DNA from: Lama guanicoe
Taxonomy: Eukaryota
Length of the DNA: 64,000 bases
Direction: 5' to 3'
Assembly: GCA_013239625.1 (NCBI GenBank)
Contig: MU054026.1
Location: 992,001 to 1,056,000 of the forward strand
Shown here: in pieces, positions 13,911 through 27,412 of the stretch
Position numbering within the stretch: position 1 is the stretch's first letter
Layout: every line of letters begins with the position of its first letter
Notes under the pieces: generated by a model
Seen by the model: only the letters and a program-made list of their open reading frames with translations
What the model was told of the DNA's origin: nothing
Database searches by the model: none
Translations under genes and position numbers: made by a program

Positions 13911-14140
13911 CAATGATTGTCAATCAGGGGTGACTTTGCACCCAGCCACATTTGGCAAGGTCTGGAGACAGGTATGGTAGTTAAGACTTGGGGGTGGGGG
14001 AAAGGAATGGAAGGGAATGATACTGATGTCTAGTGACTAGAGGCCAGGGATGATGATAAACATTTCACAATGCACAGGTCAGCACACAAAAAAGAATGAT
14101 CTAGCCTAACGTGTCAATAGTGCCAAGGTTACAAAACCCA
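13911..14140. mobile_element. MER20 (hAT-Charlie MITE)
   Basis: CATTTGGCAAGGTCTGGAGACA...AGAGGCCAGGGATG...TGTCAATAGTGCCAAGGTT. Confidence 0.8.
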
Positions 14141-14224
14141 ACTTGACAGCTGATCTTGGAATACATTCGGTACCTCTTGATCAATTGCCTTTCCATAAAA
14201 ATTCAGTCAGGCAGGAAAGATTCA

Positions 14225-14570
14225 TGAATTAACCCAACCAATATTTACCAATTACGTATTTTGTGCACAGCATTGTGCAAAGCACTGTATTATAAGAGCA
14301 TACGAAAAAAGAACACAGTCCCTAACCTCACAGAGCTTAAAATCAAATGGGGAAAGAACACATCAATCAAATAATTACAGAAATAAATGTAAAATACAGG
14401 CTATGTTAAACGTGACTGCTGAAAATATAGGCATTTAAAATGGGGCGGTGGGAGTGGTTGGCTGGTCTTATCAATGAGGTCAGAAAAGACTCATCTGAAC
14501 AAAAATTCAGTAGAAATTGAGTTAGGTAGGAAAGAAAGCTGAATAAAGAGGAGACAGCATGTGCAGTGGT
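14225..14570 (-). mobile_element. LINE-2 3' end remnant
   Basis: CAGTCCCTAACCTCACAGAGCTTAAAATCAAATGGGG resembles the reversed L2 3' end. Confidence 0.6.
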
Positions 14571-14647
14571 TGGAGGTTCGAGCAACTGGCCAATGTCAAC
14601 CATGTATGCACATGTATGTACTTACATTGGAAAGTGTATTATTTCCT

Positions 14648-15241
14648 TGTGGAAGCAACTTTTTGCAGGAAACTGCCCTCAGCAGGAAACCCCTTTTGCC
14701 TAGTCACTTTAGCAAAGCTACATTGTAACTAATTTCTAATTCAGGGACCCCCACCTCCCCCGACCATGCTCTACTCATGCCCAAGCGTACTTTTCAAAAT
14801 TTTTGATTACACAATATCTTGCCTAACTTGTTGGTTCTTTCCACAGGTCAAAGAAGTAACAATGACAAATGAATAATTAACAGATAATCAGATCTCTTCC
14901 CTAGCTTCCCCTTCTAGGTTCAATAATCTTGCAAACACGCTGTGTGAACAAGATAGCATCTGAAAAAAAAGAAATTAGGCGTGAACAAGCGTGCACACAG
15001 CAGGAGATGGCTACAAGTTCGATCCCCTGCCTCAAATGATTAACTGAAATTACTTCCCCTTTTCCCTTTAAAAACATTTATGGCTGAGCAGAATCTTTGG
15101 AGTTGGTTTTGGGGGGAGAGACATGTACCTTCTCCCCAGATTGCTGGCTTTCTGATTAAAAGTAACTTTTCTTTCCACCAGCACCTGCCTCTCAGGTATC
15201 AACTTTCCAGTGGTGAGTAGCTGGACCTTCATTCCATAACA
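14648..15241 (+). mobile_element. ERV1-type solo LTR
   Basis: TGTGG start, ATTAAA at ~15155, end ...GAGTAGCTGGACCTTCATTCCATAACA. No clean TSD. Confidence 0.65.
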
Positions 15242-16737
15242 ATCGTTAGGGTATTTTTATTTCATGGTTTCATTTGTGTTTGAAACTGTGTTACCTCCAA
15301 CTGGAGAGCAAATTGTCCAGAACTCAGCGCTGTTTCCTTCCTGTTCCTTTCAAAGCTTTCACGCCTATGAGAAAAGTTTTGTAAGTGGTACTAATTATAA
15401 TTAGCTCAATGGCTAATTATGTGCAAAACTCTAGATCCAAAATGTAAGCTGTGAAATTGTTTGACAACTTCATTCATATGAAAGAAAACGTGAGGATGTT
15501 TATGGAGAGAGATGAGGGTTGCAGTTTGAAAAGGAGCTGTCTCACGTTCTCTTAGATCTAGTATTGCAGTCTGTTTGATCCGTAATCTCGGTTTCAGTGC
15601 TTTGTAGCACATTAATAAAGACACCAGAGCGCACCACCCCAGTCTGGAGAACAAGTGGGAAGGACATGAATTCCTGGAGCCTACCTCCAGCTCTGCGCTC
15701 ATGACTTTGTAATATACAGAAACTTCCTGAAACTGTGTGTCTATTTTGTTTTGCTAAAGAGGTTGACTAATAATATTTTTATGCCATATTTTTAAGGAAA
15801 TAATGACACCATGTCTTTGAGATCATACTAAAATGCATAAAGCACTATGCAAATGTAAGGGCATACGTGGCAATTTGAAAACAGGAACTGGAAATTCAAA
15901 GCTTGAAAAGCATCCACATGAAATTTAAAATGCAAAACATGGGCCAAAAATCCAAAGAGGAAAAACAGCTACAATAAAGCTGGGAAAGCAGGCATTTACC
16001 CTTGGAAGCCCAGTTCAGACACAAGAGAGAAGCTGACTGATACCCAGTTTTGGGACTGTGCTATTGAAGGCTACAATGAGAAGCTCTTCTAAAGCAAACA
16101 TATCAACATCAGGCTGGGACAACGTGGCATCTAGACCCTGCAGAAACCCTGAAAGTCCAGATGTATTGGTAATCTCAAATCAGACAACTCTGAAGCCTGC
16201 TTTGTAGTAGGTAAGAATGAAAAATATCCACTTAGATCTCAGAAAATGCTCCACTCCCACTTCCTCAGCAGTGCAGCTTTACAGAATAAAACTGCAGAGC
16301 CAGCCAAGTAGAACTGTCGGGACACTTACGAGAAAATGTCCCACACATTTGTTTCAAAATTATGAAGATGGATATGGCAAACAATGAATCCCTGACTAAT
16401 ACTTAGACCTTACCCTTACACAGCTTAGCTGAAAAATCAGCAAGAGGAAAATGAACCTGTTATTTCCATGCATTTAAGTTTCACAGACATTAATGAAATG
16501 GGTAAGTCACGTTGGCAAAAATAAAAAAAAGTAGTAGCAAATATTAGGCAATTAAATAATTACTAAAGTAAAAGGTATATTTTAGTGGAAATAGCATTGT
16601 AGGAGAGCCAAGAGATCAAGTTTCTACTTCTTATTTCTGCCTAATATGCTTATGTGTTAGGCTGGCAACTTACCTCTGTTGACCTGTTTCCTAATTAGAA
16701 AAAAATAAAAGTGCATTAGAATAAAAATAATAGTAAA

Positions 16738-17419
16738 TTTGTGTCCTCTCTCTTTTATTCTTGGTAAACCTGGCCAGACATTTGCCAATTTTGTTTACTC
16801 TTTCAAGAAAACCAGCTCTTGGTTTGATTCATTTTTTTTCTAATTTTTTTAATCTGTACTTTATTTATTTCCTCCCTGATCTTTGTTATTTCTTTCCTTC
16901 TGCAGATTTAGGCTTTGTTTGTTCCTCTTTTTCTAATTCTTTTAGGTGAGAGGTTAGGTTGTTTATTTGAGATTTTTCTTGTTTTTTGAGGAAGGCCTGT
17001 ATTGCTATGAACTTCCCTCTTAGGACTGCTTTTGCTGCATCCCAGATTTTGTGTGGTTGTGTTTTCAATGTCATTTTTCTCAAGGTATTTTAAAATTTCT
17101 CCTTTGATTTTATCTTTGACCCATAAGCCAGAAAGAGAAAGAAAAATATCATATGACATCACTTATACATGGAAACTGAAAAAAAAAAGAAAAGACAAAT
17201 GAGCTTCTTTAAAAAACAGAAACAGACTCATGGACATAGAAAACAAACTTATGGTTACTGGTAGGAAGAGGGGATGAGAAGGGATAAATTGGGAGCTCAA
17301 GATTTGAAGATACTAATATATATAAAGTAGATAAATAACAATTTCATATTGTACAGCACAGAGAACTATATTCAATACCTTGTAGCAACTTATGGTGAAA
17401 CAGAATTTAAAAATGAATA
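16738..17419. mobile_element. 5'-inverted LINE-1 insertion (antisense ORF2 piece 16738-17124 joined to a sense 3'UTR piece 17125-17419)
   Basis: The minus-strand ORF WDAAKAVLRGKFIAIQAFLKKQEKSQINNLTSHLKELEKEEQ is L1 ORF2p. A sense 3'UTR follows. 15-bp TSD AAAAATAATAGTAAA at 16723-16737 and 17420-17434. Confidence 0.9.
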
Positions 17420-19429
17420 AAAAATAATAGTAAACAAGTATGTATAATTTATTGGCTGCCTATTGACACTATACTAGGAGTTTTTACATCTATCATCTTA
17501 TTAAATGTTCACAGCAAGTGTTTAAGGTAGATATCCATATTTAATGGGTAAGGAAACTAAAGGAGTTCACAGAGCCAAATTCACAAAGAAAGAGACAGAG
17601 CTCAGATAGAAGCCATTTCTCTACCCATCACTTTACCCGTTCTCCATTCTAGTATTGAGGGACTTTTTAAACAGGCATGTGTTCAATTTTGCTATTATCT
17701 CACAAGATTCTATAGGTATAAAGCCTAGTTACATATCAGTTATAATATTTTCAGATGAATTCTCTTGGTTCATATTCTATAGCTTGCACTATTTCCCTAC
17801 TCATTTATGTCAAAATAACCACTGGTAAATAAATAACAAAAACAGATCAACTTTCCTATTACTGATGACTTTTAAATTAGCAAGTGTAGGGCTTTGTAAG
17901 AAATGTTTGAACTTTCAATTCTCTCTTTAAACATGTAGCACATTGTTAACCTTGAATGCTACACACGGTGGGAAGTGAAAGTTGAGTTGATAAGTTATCT
18001 TGGTTTAATTTTATAGATTCACAATTTAAAAGCAAAAGAATGAAAGGTAGAGCACACTGCAGTAAGTCAATTAGATTGTGACAAAGATTAGTCATAAACA
18101 AGGAATGATTTATGAAATCGTCCCTTCTTACTTGGAATTAAGTCAATATAAGTGTGCAGTATTCACAGCTATACTTGACACTACATTTCCAATTGTAACA
18201 AGGAGACAGAAGATTCATATCCATGATACTTTTCAACCTTTTTTCTCAAAGATGCATACAATTATATGCTAATCCAAGTATTAAGCTGAGGAGATAATAA
18301 CTGACATTTCAGATCTAATAATGCATAGTTATAAATCAGAAAATTTATATCTCTGCAGATATATTAATCTGAAATCCATTTGAAGTAGTGGAATTTTAAT
18401 GATACTTATATCAAACTATTCTCCTAGGTAAATTGCTGGCTAAAGCTAGTTTAAATCCTGTTTATTTTTCTTTCTTGTTCTTTTTATTTTTCTTTTTCAC
18501 TACTAAGGGAAAGAACTAAAAAGAAAAATTATGAGAAAGAAGAAAAATACAGATCTCATAATACCACTGCTTTATTCATAAAATTTCAACAAGTTATGTT
18601 TGTGTCTGACAGAGGGTCACGTTCAGAGGGCCATGCACATGAAGTTGAATTAACTTTTGGTTTTAGGCTAAAAGAAAAAAAAAATAATTAGATTGGACCA
18701 TTCTCATTAATTCTGTTAATTGCAGGGATCTGACATTTCTCACACATAAGCAGTTATACAATTTTGTCTGAATTCATGATTCTGTTTAGTCAAATAACTT
18801 GATGATTTAGTTAAACGTATGTTTCTCCATTTAATGGAAATAATAGTCACCTCAGATTTCTTTTTTAAATTGGTCAAAATGAATTCCATATATATAATTC
18901 ATTAAGACCAAACAAACATTAATTACAGGGAGAAGACAAGACAAGAAAAGATAAGAGTAAAATGCATGAAGTCAATTTCCTTCCATGATGCCTTAAACAT
19001 AAGCTAGAGATAGATTATAAATTCAGCTCTAACCTTTAAACAAGCAGTGCAAACAGGGAGAAAACCACATAAGAGTGTCTTTAAATTAGAAATTAAAAGA
19101 TTATTTGGTGAAAATCAAATATTTGTAGTACTAGGATCAAAGAGAAAATTTTATTAAAAGAGTAATGCATCGAACTAATGTTGTCCCCTAAAACAGCCTC
19201 CAAATATTCACCATTGGTATACTAACATATAACTTGGCTAGAATATATTTGGTTATAAAATATATAGACCAGGCATTCCAAATATAATTATAGCCCAATT
19301 TGCTTAAATATATAGATGTAAAAAATGCTAAAGTATGTGCAAGTCAGTTTTACTAGTATGTAAAATGATCCCAATAACAATAGCATAGCAAAGATAGTTT
19401 TAATTTTATGTACTGTATAACAGTGTCTA

Positions 19430-19525
19430 TTATGTATATATATACATATATACACTTGTGTGCATATATAGTGCATATGTATATATGTGTCTATATGTAC
19501 ATATTTATATAAATATATATATAAA
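19430..19525. repeat. TA-rich low-complexity repeat
   Basis: Degenerate (TA)n/(TATG)n, seen directly. Confidence 0.8.
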
Positions 19526-20152
19526 TTCACAATAATTTCTAGATAAAGTTATGATAGATTTTTTAATGGAACAAAAATATATTGAATGTGTTCAATTAAA
19601 ATCTCAAGATTGTATAGCGTCCCCTGTGGGTCTATCTGATTCTACGGTGTCTCTGTGCCTTTTATTGTCTTTGAGCTATTTTACAACCCTATAAATTGAG
19701 AAAAACTGATTTAATGGAAATAATTCTTCAATATAGAAACACAAATGATTTGTGTCTTGTGGAATGCATTTTATTATTGAATTGTGGACTTACCTGTTTG
19801 GCATATCTTTGTAAATTTATTTCAGCACTGCTTATGGAGTATATTTGCATTATTACTAATTCTCATTTGAACCAGTTGTAACATCTTACTGGTCCCCTCA
19901 TTAATTAGCTAAATACAATTATTGACACATGTTCATTATATATTTGTATGAGAATCAGGGCTTCACCTTTTTCTTATATGTATTTATGAGTACTGAATAA
20001 GGTAAGCATTCTCTTACATCAATTTTACCAAAGAAAAAGCTGAAAAATAGAGATTAAGTAACCTCTCCAAGGCTAAAGAAAGATCGCATTGCTTCAGGCA
20101 AACATATAATAAAGGTAGTAGATCTACTGATTATAAAGCTAGTAGTAATATT

Positions 20153-22056
20153 AAGGGCTTTAAATGAAACATTAGGCCAGATGGACTTAATAGATGCAGA
20201 GAACATTAAAAGAAGAGTTAACACCTATCCTTCTCAAATTATTCCAAAAAAAAAAAAATGAAGAGAAAGGAATGCTTCCAAACTGATTCTACAAGGGCAG
20301 CCACACCCTGACACCAAAACCAGTCAAAGACATCATACAAAAAAGAAAATTGTAGACCAATATCTCTAATAAACATACATGGAAGATGGTTCAATATGTG
20401 CAAATTAAGCAGCATTAGCAAATGGAAGAACAAAAATCATGTGATCATTTCAGTAGATCCAGAAAAAAAAAATTGACAAAATTCAATATCCACTTATGAT
20501 AAGAACTCTCCAGAAAATGGTTACAGAGGAAACACACCTCGACATAATTTACAAATGTCATACACGGCAAACTTACAGCCAACGTCATAACTCAACATTG
20601 AAAAGATGAAGGCATTTCTTCTCAGATTAAGAGCAACACAAGTATGTCCACTCTCACCACTTTTATTTGATGTACTTAGGAAATTATAGCCACAGCAATC
20701 AGACATGAAAAAGAAATAAAAGAAACCCCAAATTTGAAAGGAAGCGGTAAGACTGTCACTATTTGCAGATGATACAATACTATATAGAGCAAATTCTAAA
20801 AATGCTACTAAAAACACTATTAGAACTAATAAAAAATTTCAGTCAAGTTGCAGTCCTATGTATTACCTCTAACAAAATTAATATACAGAAATCTGTTGTA
20901 TTTATATACATTAACAACAAACTATCAGAAAGTATCATTAAGAAAAAAATTCTATTTACAGATGCATCAAAAAGAATAAGATACCCAGGAATAAATCTAA
21001 CCAAGGATATAAAAGACTGTACTTGGAAAACTATAAGACACTGATGAAAGAAACTGAAATGACACAAACAGATGAAAGAATATACGGTTCTCATAGATTG
21101 AAAGAACTGATATTGTTAAAATGAACATACTCCCAGGGGAAATCTACAGATTCAATGCAATCTCTATCAAAATATCAATGGTATTTTTCATAGAACTGGA
21201 AGAAATAATTCTGAAACATATGGAAACACAAAAAACCCTGAATAGACCAAACAATCTTAAGAAAGAAGAACAAATCTGAACGTATCTTCCTCTCTGTTTT
21301 CAAAATATACTACAAAGCTACAGTAATCAAGACAATACAGTACTGGCACAAAACAGATACACAGATCAATGCAATGGGATAGAGAGCCCAGAAATAAATC
21401 TATGCTTATGTGGTCAATTAACATATGAAAAAGGAGATGAGAATAAACAATGAGGGGAAAGCCTCTTCAATAAATGGTATCGGAAAAACTGGACAGCTAC
21501 GTGCGAAAGAATCAAAGCGGACTACTTTATCACACCATATACAATAATAAAACCAAAATAGATTAAAGATGTAAATGTAGGGTGTGAAATCACAAAACTA
21601 GAAGAAAACACAGGGAGGATGTTTTTTGACTTGGTCTTAGCAATATACTTCTTTTGAATCTATCTCCTCAGACAAGGAAAACAAAAGCAGAAATCAACAG
21701 ACAGTTCTACATCAAATAAAATATCTTTTCCACAGCAAAGGAAATTATGGACAAAAATAAAATGACAGCTTACAAATGGTAGATGGTATTTGCAGACAAT
21801 ACACCTGGTAACAGGTTAATATCCAAAATATATAAAAAATTCATTTAACGCACCACGAACAAAATAAACTACCTGATTAAAAAATGGGCATAGTATCTGA
21901 ACAGATATTTTTCCAAGGAAGACATAGAAATAGTTAACAGACATATGAAAATACTTACAGCATCAGTAATCATCAGGGGAATGCAAATCAAAACCACAAT
22001 GTGATACCACCTGACACCTGTCACAATGGCTATAAATCCTGAAAAAAAAAAAAAAA
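20153..22056 (+). mobile_element. decayed LINE-1 ORF2 (RT region), internally deleted and 3'-truncated
   Basis: TTTGCAGATGAT (FADD RT motif) at ~20762 and LLELIKNFSQVA...KINIQKSVVF..KRIRYPGINLTKDIKD. Many frameshifts. Ends in A15. Confidence 0.93.
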
Positions 22057-25000
22057 GGTCTTCCAACAAGGGCACAGCTGTTGCCTATTTTGAGAAGTCT
22101 TCATCCTGTGAGCACAGAGAGAAATTCCTTGGGATCATACCTACATGGTTGGAGAAACAGTTTTGTGGAAATAAATATATTAGAGACAATTTGATGCCAG
22201 AATCTTGACCATTTTTCTTACGTGATCCCTCCTCTGGAGACCTGATTCTAGTTGATTCTTCAGCAAAACCAGTCCGGGCAGTGAAGGATGATAGAGAGCA
22301 AAGAAGGGTCCATCTCTTTGAAGAAGACCTGCTTTTTTCTTTATCATTGTGGTTCATAGCTGCAACTGGAATAGTTCATCCGAAATTTTATGAATAATAT
22401 ATGTTTAAACATGATGCCTTTTAAAAAGTAAAATTAAAATTAATACTATAAAACACATACCTCCTTATAAGAAGTCTAGACAGTGTGAGATGTCAGGAAA
22501 TAACATCTTACAAAACATCACATCCTGCTACCTAGACAGGGATAATTTGTCCTCATTAAACAGTTGACCTGTGTGTTTCTTGTGTCTGTAGGTAGAGCCT
22601 AAATGGCAGGGAGATCTTATGAAGGTGAGGATGAGAACCCAGGTGTGGCTTCTGGTACTGAGGAGCATATGGTAGCAGTCGAAGGTCAAGAGAAGTCCCC
22701 CTGACTATCTATCTGTTGTTGGATTGAACTTTCTCTGAACAACACCACTTTTCTAGATATGCTTCTTAAAAGTCCTCAAAAAGAGCAATTCCACTCAAGG
22801 AAACCTAAGGAAAACTACAAAATTACAGTCTGTAAGTGGTGTATGAGGTGAGGAGATATAAATTAAAAAGTAATTAAAACTAAAATAAATAGTGGTAGGA
22901 ACAGAAAAGCAAAATATATATAACATGCTATAACTTACATAGTTAACATAACCAAAGAAAAAATACATCACAAAATTGAAATGAAAAAAATATATATATA
23001 AAATTAAATGGATTTTAAGACCAATGGTAGGAATTAAAAAGTAGTATTAATATGTATAGGTATTATGTACAGAGCTGTCCAACTTTCCTTCTTAAGAGAT
23101 TCTGGACCACAAACCCCTACCATGTGATTCTCATGGGCAGAACTTGCCCACTCTTTCAGTGGCAGGCTGAAAAGACACTACCTGAAAAGTTGAAAACATG
23201 AGTTCCTATCACAGAATATTAATATGGTTTCTGAGTTTCAAAAGCAATATCCAGTTTAATCTGAGAAAATACCCTAGTTGGGGTCGAGTTGTAGCCAGGT
23301 GTTGCCTGATCATTGTTCCCTATTCACAAGAGTCATTGGGAATGCACTATAAGATGGTCAACATAGTAATGTTTTCATGTGACTCACATAAATGGACATG
23401 GTGAGAACTTTAATAAAGATGTCATCCAGTCACCGAGGAGTTTTCCCAGGAGGATGAGACTTTGTAAATGGGCCAGGGGTAGATCATATACTGTCTGTTC
23501 ATTGAATTTGCAGGAATAGTGGTGGAACATTAACCTTTGGATCCATAACATGGATACACCCAAGCTCTACTGGAACTAAACCATCTGCAGCTTAAAACTG
23601 GGCTTCAAAATGAGTCTGGAATTCAGGAGTTCTCCCCATCACTCCCACCATCTTGTCTGTGTGTCCTGTAAATGTAAAACAGTTGGTGCTTATTATAATA
23701 ATTTGAGGTAAGGTAGACCTTCAATGGGTTTATTATAAATGCTTTTTGATGGTAATCTGCTGTTCGTTTGTTTGTTTTCTTTTCCAGGATCATGACATGA
23801 AATGATGCTGTTCAAGGTCTCCACTTAAATCAGAATCATCAGGTCACCAACTTTACATCCTTTCAGGAAGAAATGAATTCTTCCTCCCACAGTATTTTCT
23901 AATTTCCTCTTCTAAATAAGGGCACAACACAAAGATGTAGGTCCTGAAAATTCTTTTCCTTATTGCATGAGACTCAAGTGTGCTGACCTCCTGACCATGA
24001 TGTGTAAGTCTAATGATTTTAAAATTACTTTTGCCTGCTGAGTTGTGCATTCTAGTCTGGGACTACCTAATTATCATTTAAAACTGAACAGATTATGTAA
24101 ATGAGTGTATTTGATGGTTTATTCTTTTCTTTGTGTGTGCCAAAAGAAGCAGGAATGGTTTCTGAAATAAAACACATCACACATCTGTGCTTAGGATCAT
24201 CTCAGGGTTGAAACATTTGTTTTTTTTCTCATAAAGCTGCTTTTGTATCTAAACAAGCAAATACTTCAGAAGAAGATTGTTTTGGAAGACGGCAGGAAGC
24301 TCTCATTCTCCACAAAACAAGCTTGTTTTTCTTTCTACTTTTCTCCCAGATTTGTCCTTTTGGGGTAAGAATTGACCTTATTGATTTTTTTTTAATCTAA
24401 ATCTACTGGTATTCGGGATATGTTCGTTTTGGTAGGAGGAATGGTGTATTGGATCCTTTCCTCTAAATGACAAGAAGGCAGGATGCTCAGTGAGAGGGTG
24501 GAGGTAGTTTGAGGCCCTAAAGGGACAGCCTCAAAGAGCAGGAAATGTGGCAGAGTCAAGGGGCATGAGAGGACTGGAGGCAGGAAGAAGAAAATTCAGT
24601 TTGCATCCGTGAATGTTAACCAAGTCTCATTTTGACCCGATTCCTGCAGGTACGGAACACAGATATGTAAAAACAAACAAGACTTGGAAAGCGACGTCTA
24701 AGAAAGGTTGGCTGTAATTTCCCCTCCGCTCCCTGGCCTCCAGTTCAACTCTTCATCGGGAAAGTCACTTGAGTGATGACCCGTGCTCTTGGCTGTCTCG
24801 TCCCTTCCCTGCAATAGCTGTGATTCTGCGCTGATCTCTTGATTTCTGGATTATTAAGTTGAACGATCAGACTTGAAACCCACCTGATTTTCTTCTGAAC
24901 CTACACTTGGGTAAGAACAAGCCACAAGGTGTCACGCCTCCTTTTTTTGTACTTGACTTTCTTCTCCTGGATCAAATGCAGACTTAGGGGAGAAAGCTTC

Positions 25001-26466
25001 AGGCATGCTACCATCAGAGGAGCAGTTTTACAGGAAATGCTGGAAATGGGTTGAAAATGAGGAATCAGTGGTCCAGTGTGTGCCACTACGTTTGACGCTT
25101 ATTCATTTAGTGTTTGGCCCGAGTAAGAATGAACTCAACCATCAGGCTTAATCTTGAGTCTGAGCAGCAACGAATAACCTGGTGTTGGAATAAATATGTG
25201 ATCAAGCTGTTTTCAAATAATGTAAATACCAAGTAGAAAGCATTAATGAAATAATCCTATCCTATAATAAATATCCACCCTACCCCAAAGTAATACCTAA
25301 AAATAGATATCCTAAGATCATTTTACTCAAAATGTAATTTTCAAGCAGCTCCCACTGTCAGAGTATAGTTCAAGTTCACTTGCAATAAATAGTACTGTAA
25401 AATGACCCTGAATGCAAGTTTCATCTTTTAAGTGATAGGATAGACTCTGTCAACAATAAAGTTATTTTAATGTGTAGAGCATTTTTACAGTACACATACA
25501 TTCATACGTGGTAGCTCAACTAAAATAAGTTAAATAACTTGTACCCGTGATCATTCATGCAGCTTGAAAGTCACAATTCACCCAAACAATTCCCCTGAGT
25601 CGAAAATCTCAAGCTATCTCAATTACAAATTAAACCAGAGTCACTCATTCAATGTATTTTTATTGATTGATTCAATCCAAACCAGTCAATACAATTCAGC
25701 AAGTGTTAATTGAGTCCCAACTGTGCCCAGTATTTTGGTAAGCACTAATAGAAAGTTTAAAATGAAAACAGATATTGGACTGCTCATAGCAAGACTGTAC
25801 AAGAAAAGATTGTAAAGGAAGGCTTTACAGTGAAAGGCGTAAACCTGAGAGACGTGGAAGGCGGAACAAATGTGTTGTTCTGTCTGCCAGTTATGGTGCA
25901 ATGTAATTTGAAATGTGCTATTTTAAACTTTCCAACGCTCATTCAAAGCACGTATCACTTCTCTTTTATATGGCCAAAATGCGAACAAAGAGTAGTTATA
26001 CATCTTGCCCACTCCACCCCCAGTTAGCGGTGGCGTCAACTCCACCCGATCCATCTTCTCCCCACCACACTTTGGTCTTTCTCAGGGGTTATAAAGAAAC
26101 AAAAGGCAAAACTCAGTTTACCATGGAAGTTCACAAGGAGAGTCTGTCCAAGGTCCCTGGCTGGTTTATTCACAGTATAGTTGAAAGTTTTCTAGATTGA
26201 GAATCAAAAAGTCTACAGCCTAGATTTTATCTGTTTTAAACTCATTTTGTAGACTTGGGCAATTCACATACAATATGAATTTTGTAAATCATAATTTTCC
26301 CACCTATAAGTGGATGAGTTGGATTTGAACCAAAAATGTGTCCTATTTCTAAAATAATACTTTAACTGAACTTGGTCCATCTAAATTGTATCACTGGAGA
26401 TTTGCAACTTCACTATTTTTATACACAGTGTATATAATGCAAAGTGTAGAATTTTGTTATCACTTG

Positions 26467-26515
26467 CTCTCTCTCTCTGTCTCTCTTTCACACACACATG
26501 CACACACACACACAC
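26467..26515. repeat. compound (CT)n(CA)n microsatellite
   Basis: Seen directly. Confidence 0.9.
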
Positions 26516-27159
26516 TTCTACAAAGATTTTGAATAGCTTTCAAAATTTTCTTTCAAAGACAATCGGAGTATGTATGTATAAATTAACTTCTACTAAGTAA
26601 TAAAGGAAAGGAACTTGAATTATAGAAATTTAAAAATGTGACTGAAAGAAATTTAACTATATAGTTATATAATGGAGAACCATACTATTTTCTTAAAAAA
26701 TATTATATTCCAGTAGGTATATTTGATATTTTATCCACTTAAATGCATACCTACAAATTAAGCTAAAAGAAATTGATGCCACAGTGAGTTAATTCCATCT
26801 TTCAGAATGCTTTTGACATGCTTGACATAAATTAGTCCTATAACAGACATGATTGCTAAACTATCTGAGCACCAAACAAAATTCATTTATATCTGCTGAA
26901 AGAACTGGTCAAGACGGAGTCCTCAAACTGTCCTCACTCTTCTGTTTCACATAGGAGAAAAATAATTCTACTGGAGGTTCATATGAAATTATAATCCATG
27001 AAGCTTCCAGGTAAGATACCTCACATTTAACTATTTCTAACTCAAGTAAAATTTCAGGTCAAAATGATTCTGAAAATCCATGTTCTACTTTGGCCACACT
27101 CAAGATACTTAAAAAAACATTTCTCCAAATGTCCATTCTACTCATTCGACATTCCTGTT

Positions 27160-27412
27160 TAATTTTTTATTATTTTAGTTGAGGCATAGTTGACATACAA
27201 CATTATATTTCAAGGGTACAACATAATAATTCAGTATTTGTGTACATCACAAAACGATCACCACAGTAAGTCTAGTTAACATCCATCACCTTACACAATT
27301 ACAAATTTTTTTAGGGAAGGATGAAAACTTCCAAGACTTACACTCTTAGAAACTTCCAAATATGCAATACAATGTTATTAACTATACTCACCATGCTGTA
27401 TGTTACATCCCC
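27160..27412 (-). mobile_element. older LINE-1 3' end (L1MA-type)
   Basis: TTGAGGCATAGTTGACATACAACATT...AGTCTAGTTAACATCCATCACC. Residual TSD core GACATTCC at 27148 and 27418. Confidence 0.8.

Noticed and set aside
15995..16145. Minus-strand exon candidate (CTGCAG|...AGG|GTAAAT)
   Set aside because: It has stops in all three frames and only moderate splice signals. It could at most be non-coding and has no other support.
22085..22357. Exon-like or 3'-transduced segment after the L1 A-run
   Set aside because: There is no polypyrimidine acceptor, no recognisable protein, and no downstream poly(A) plus TSD to indicate transduction.
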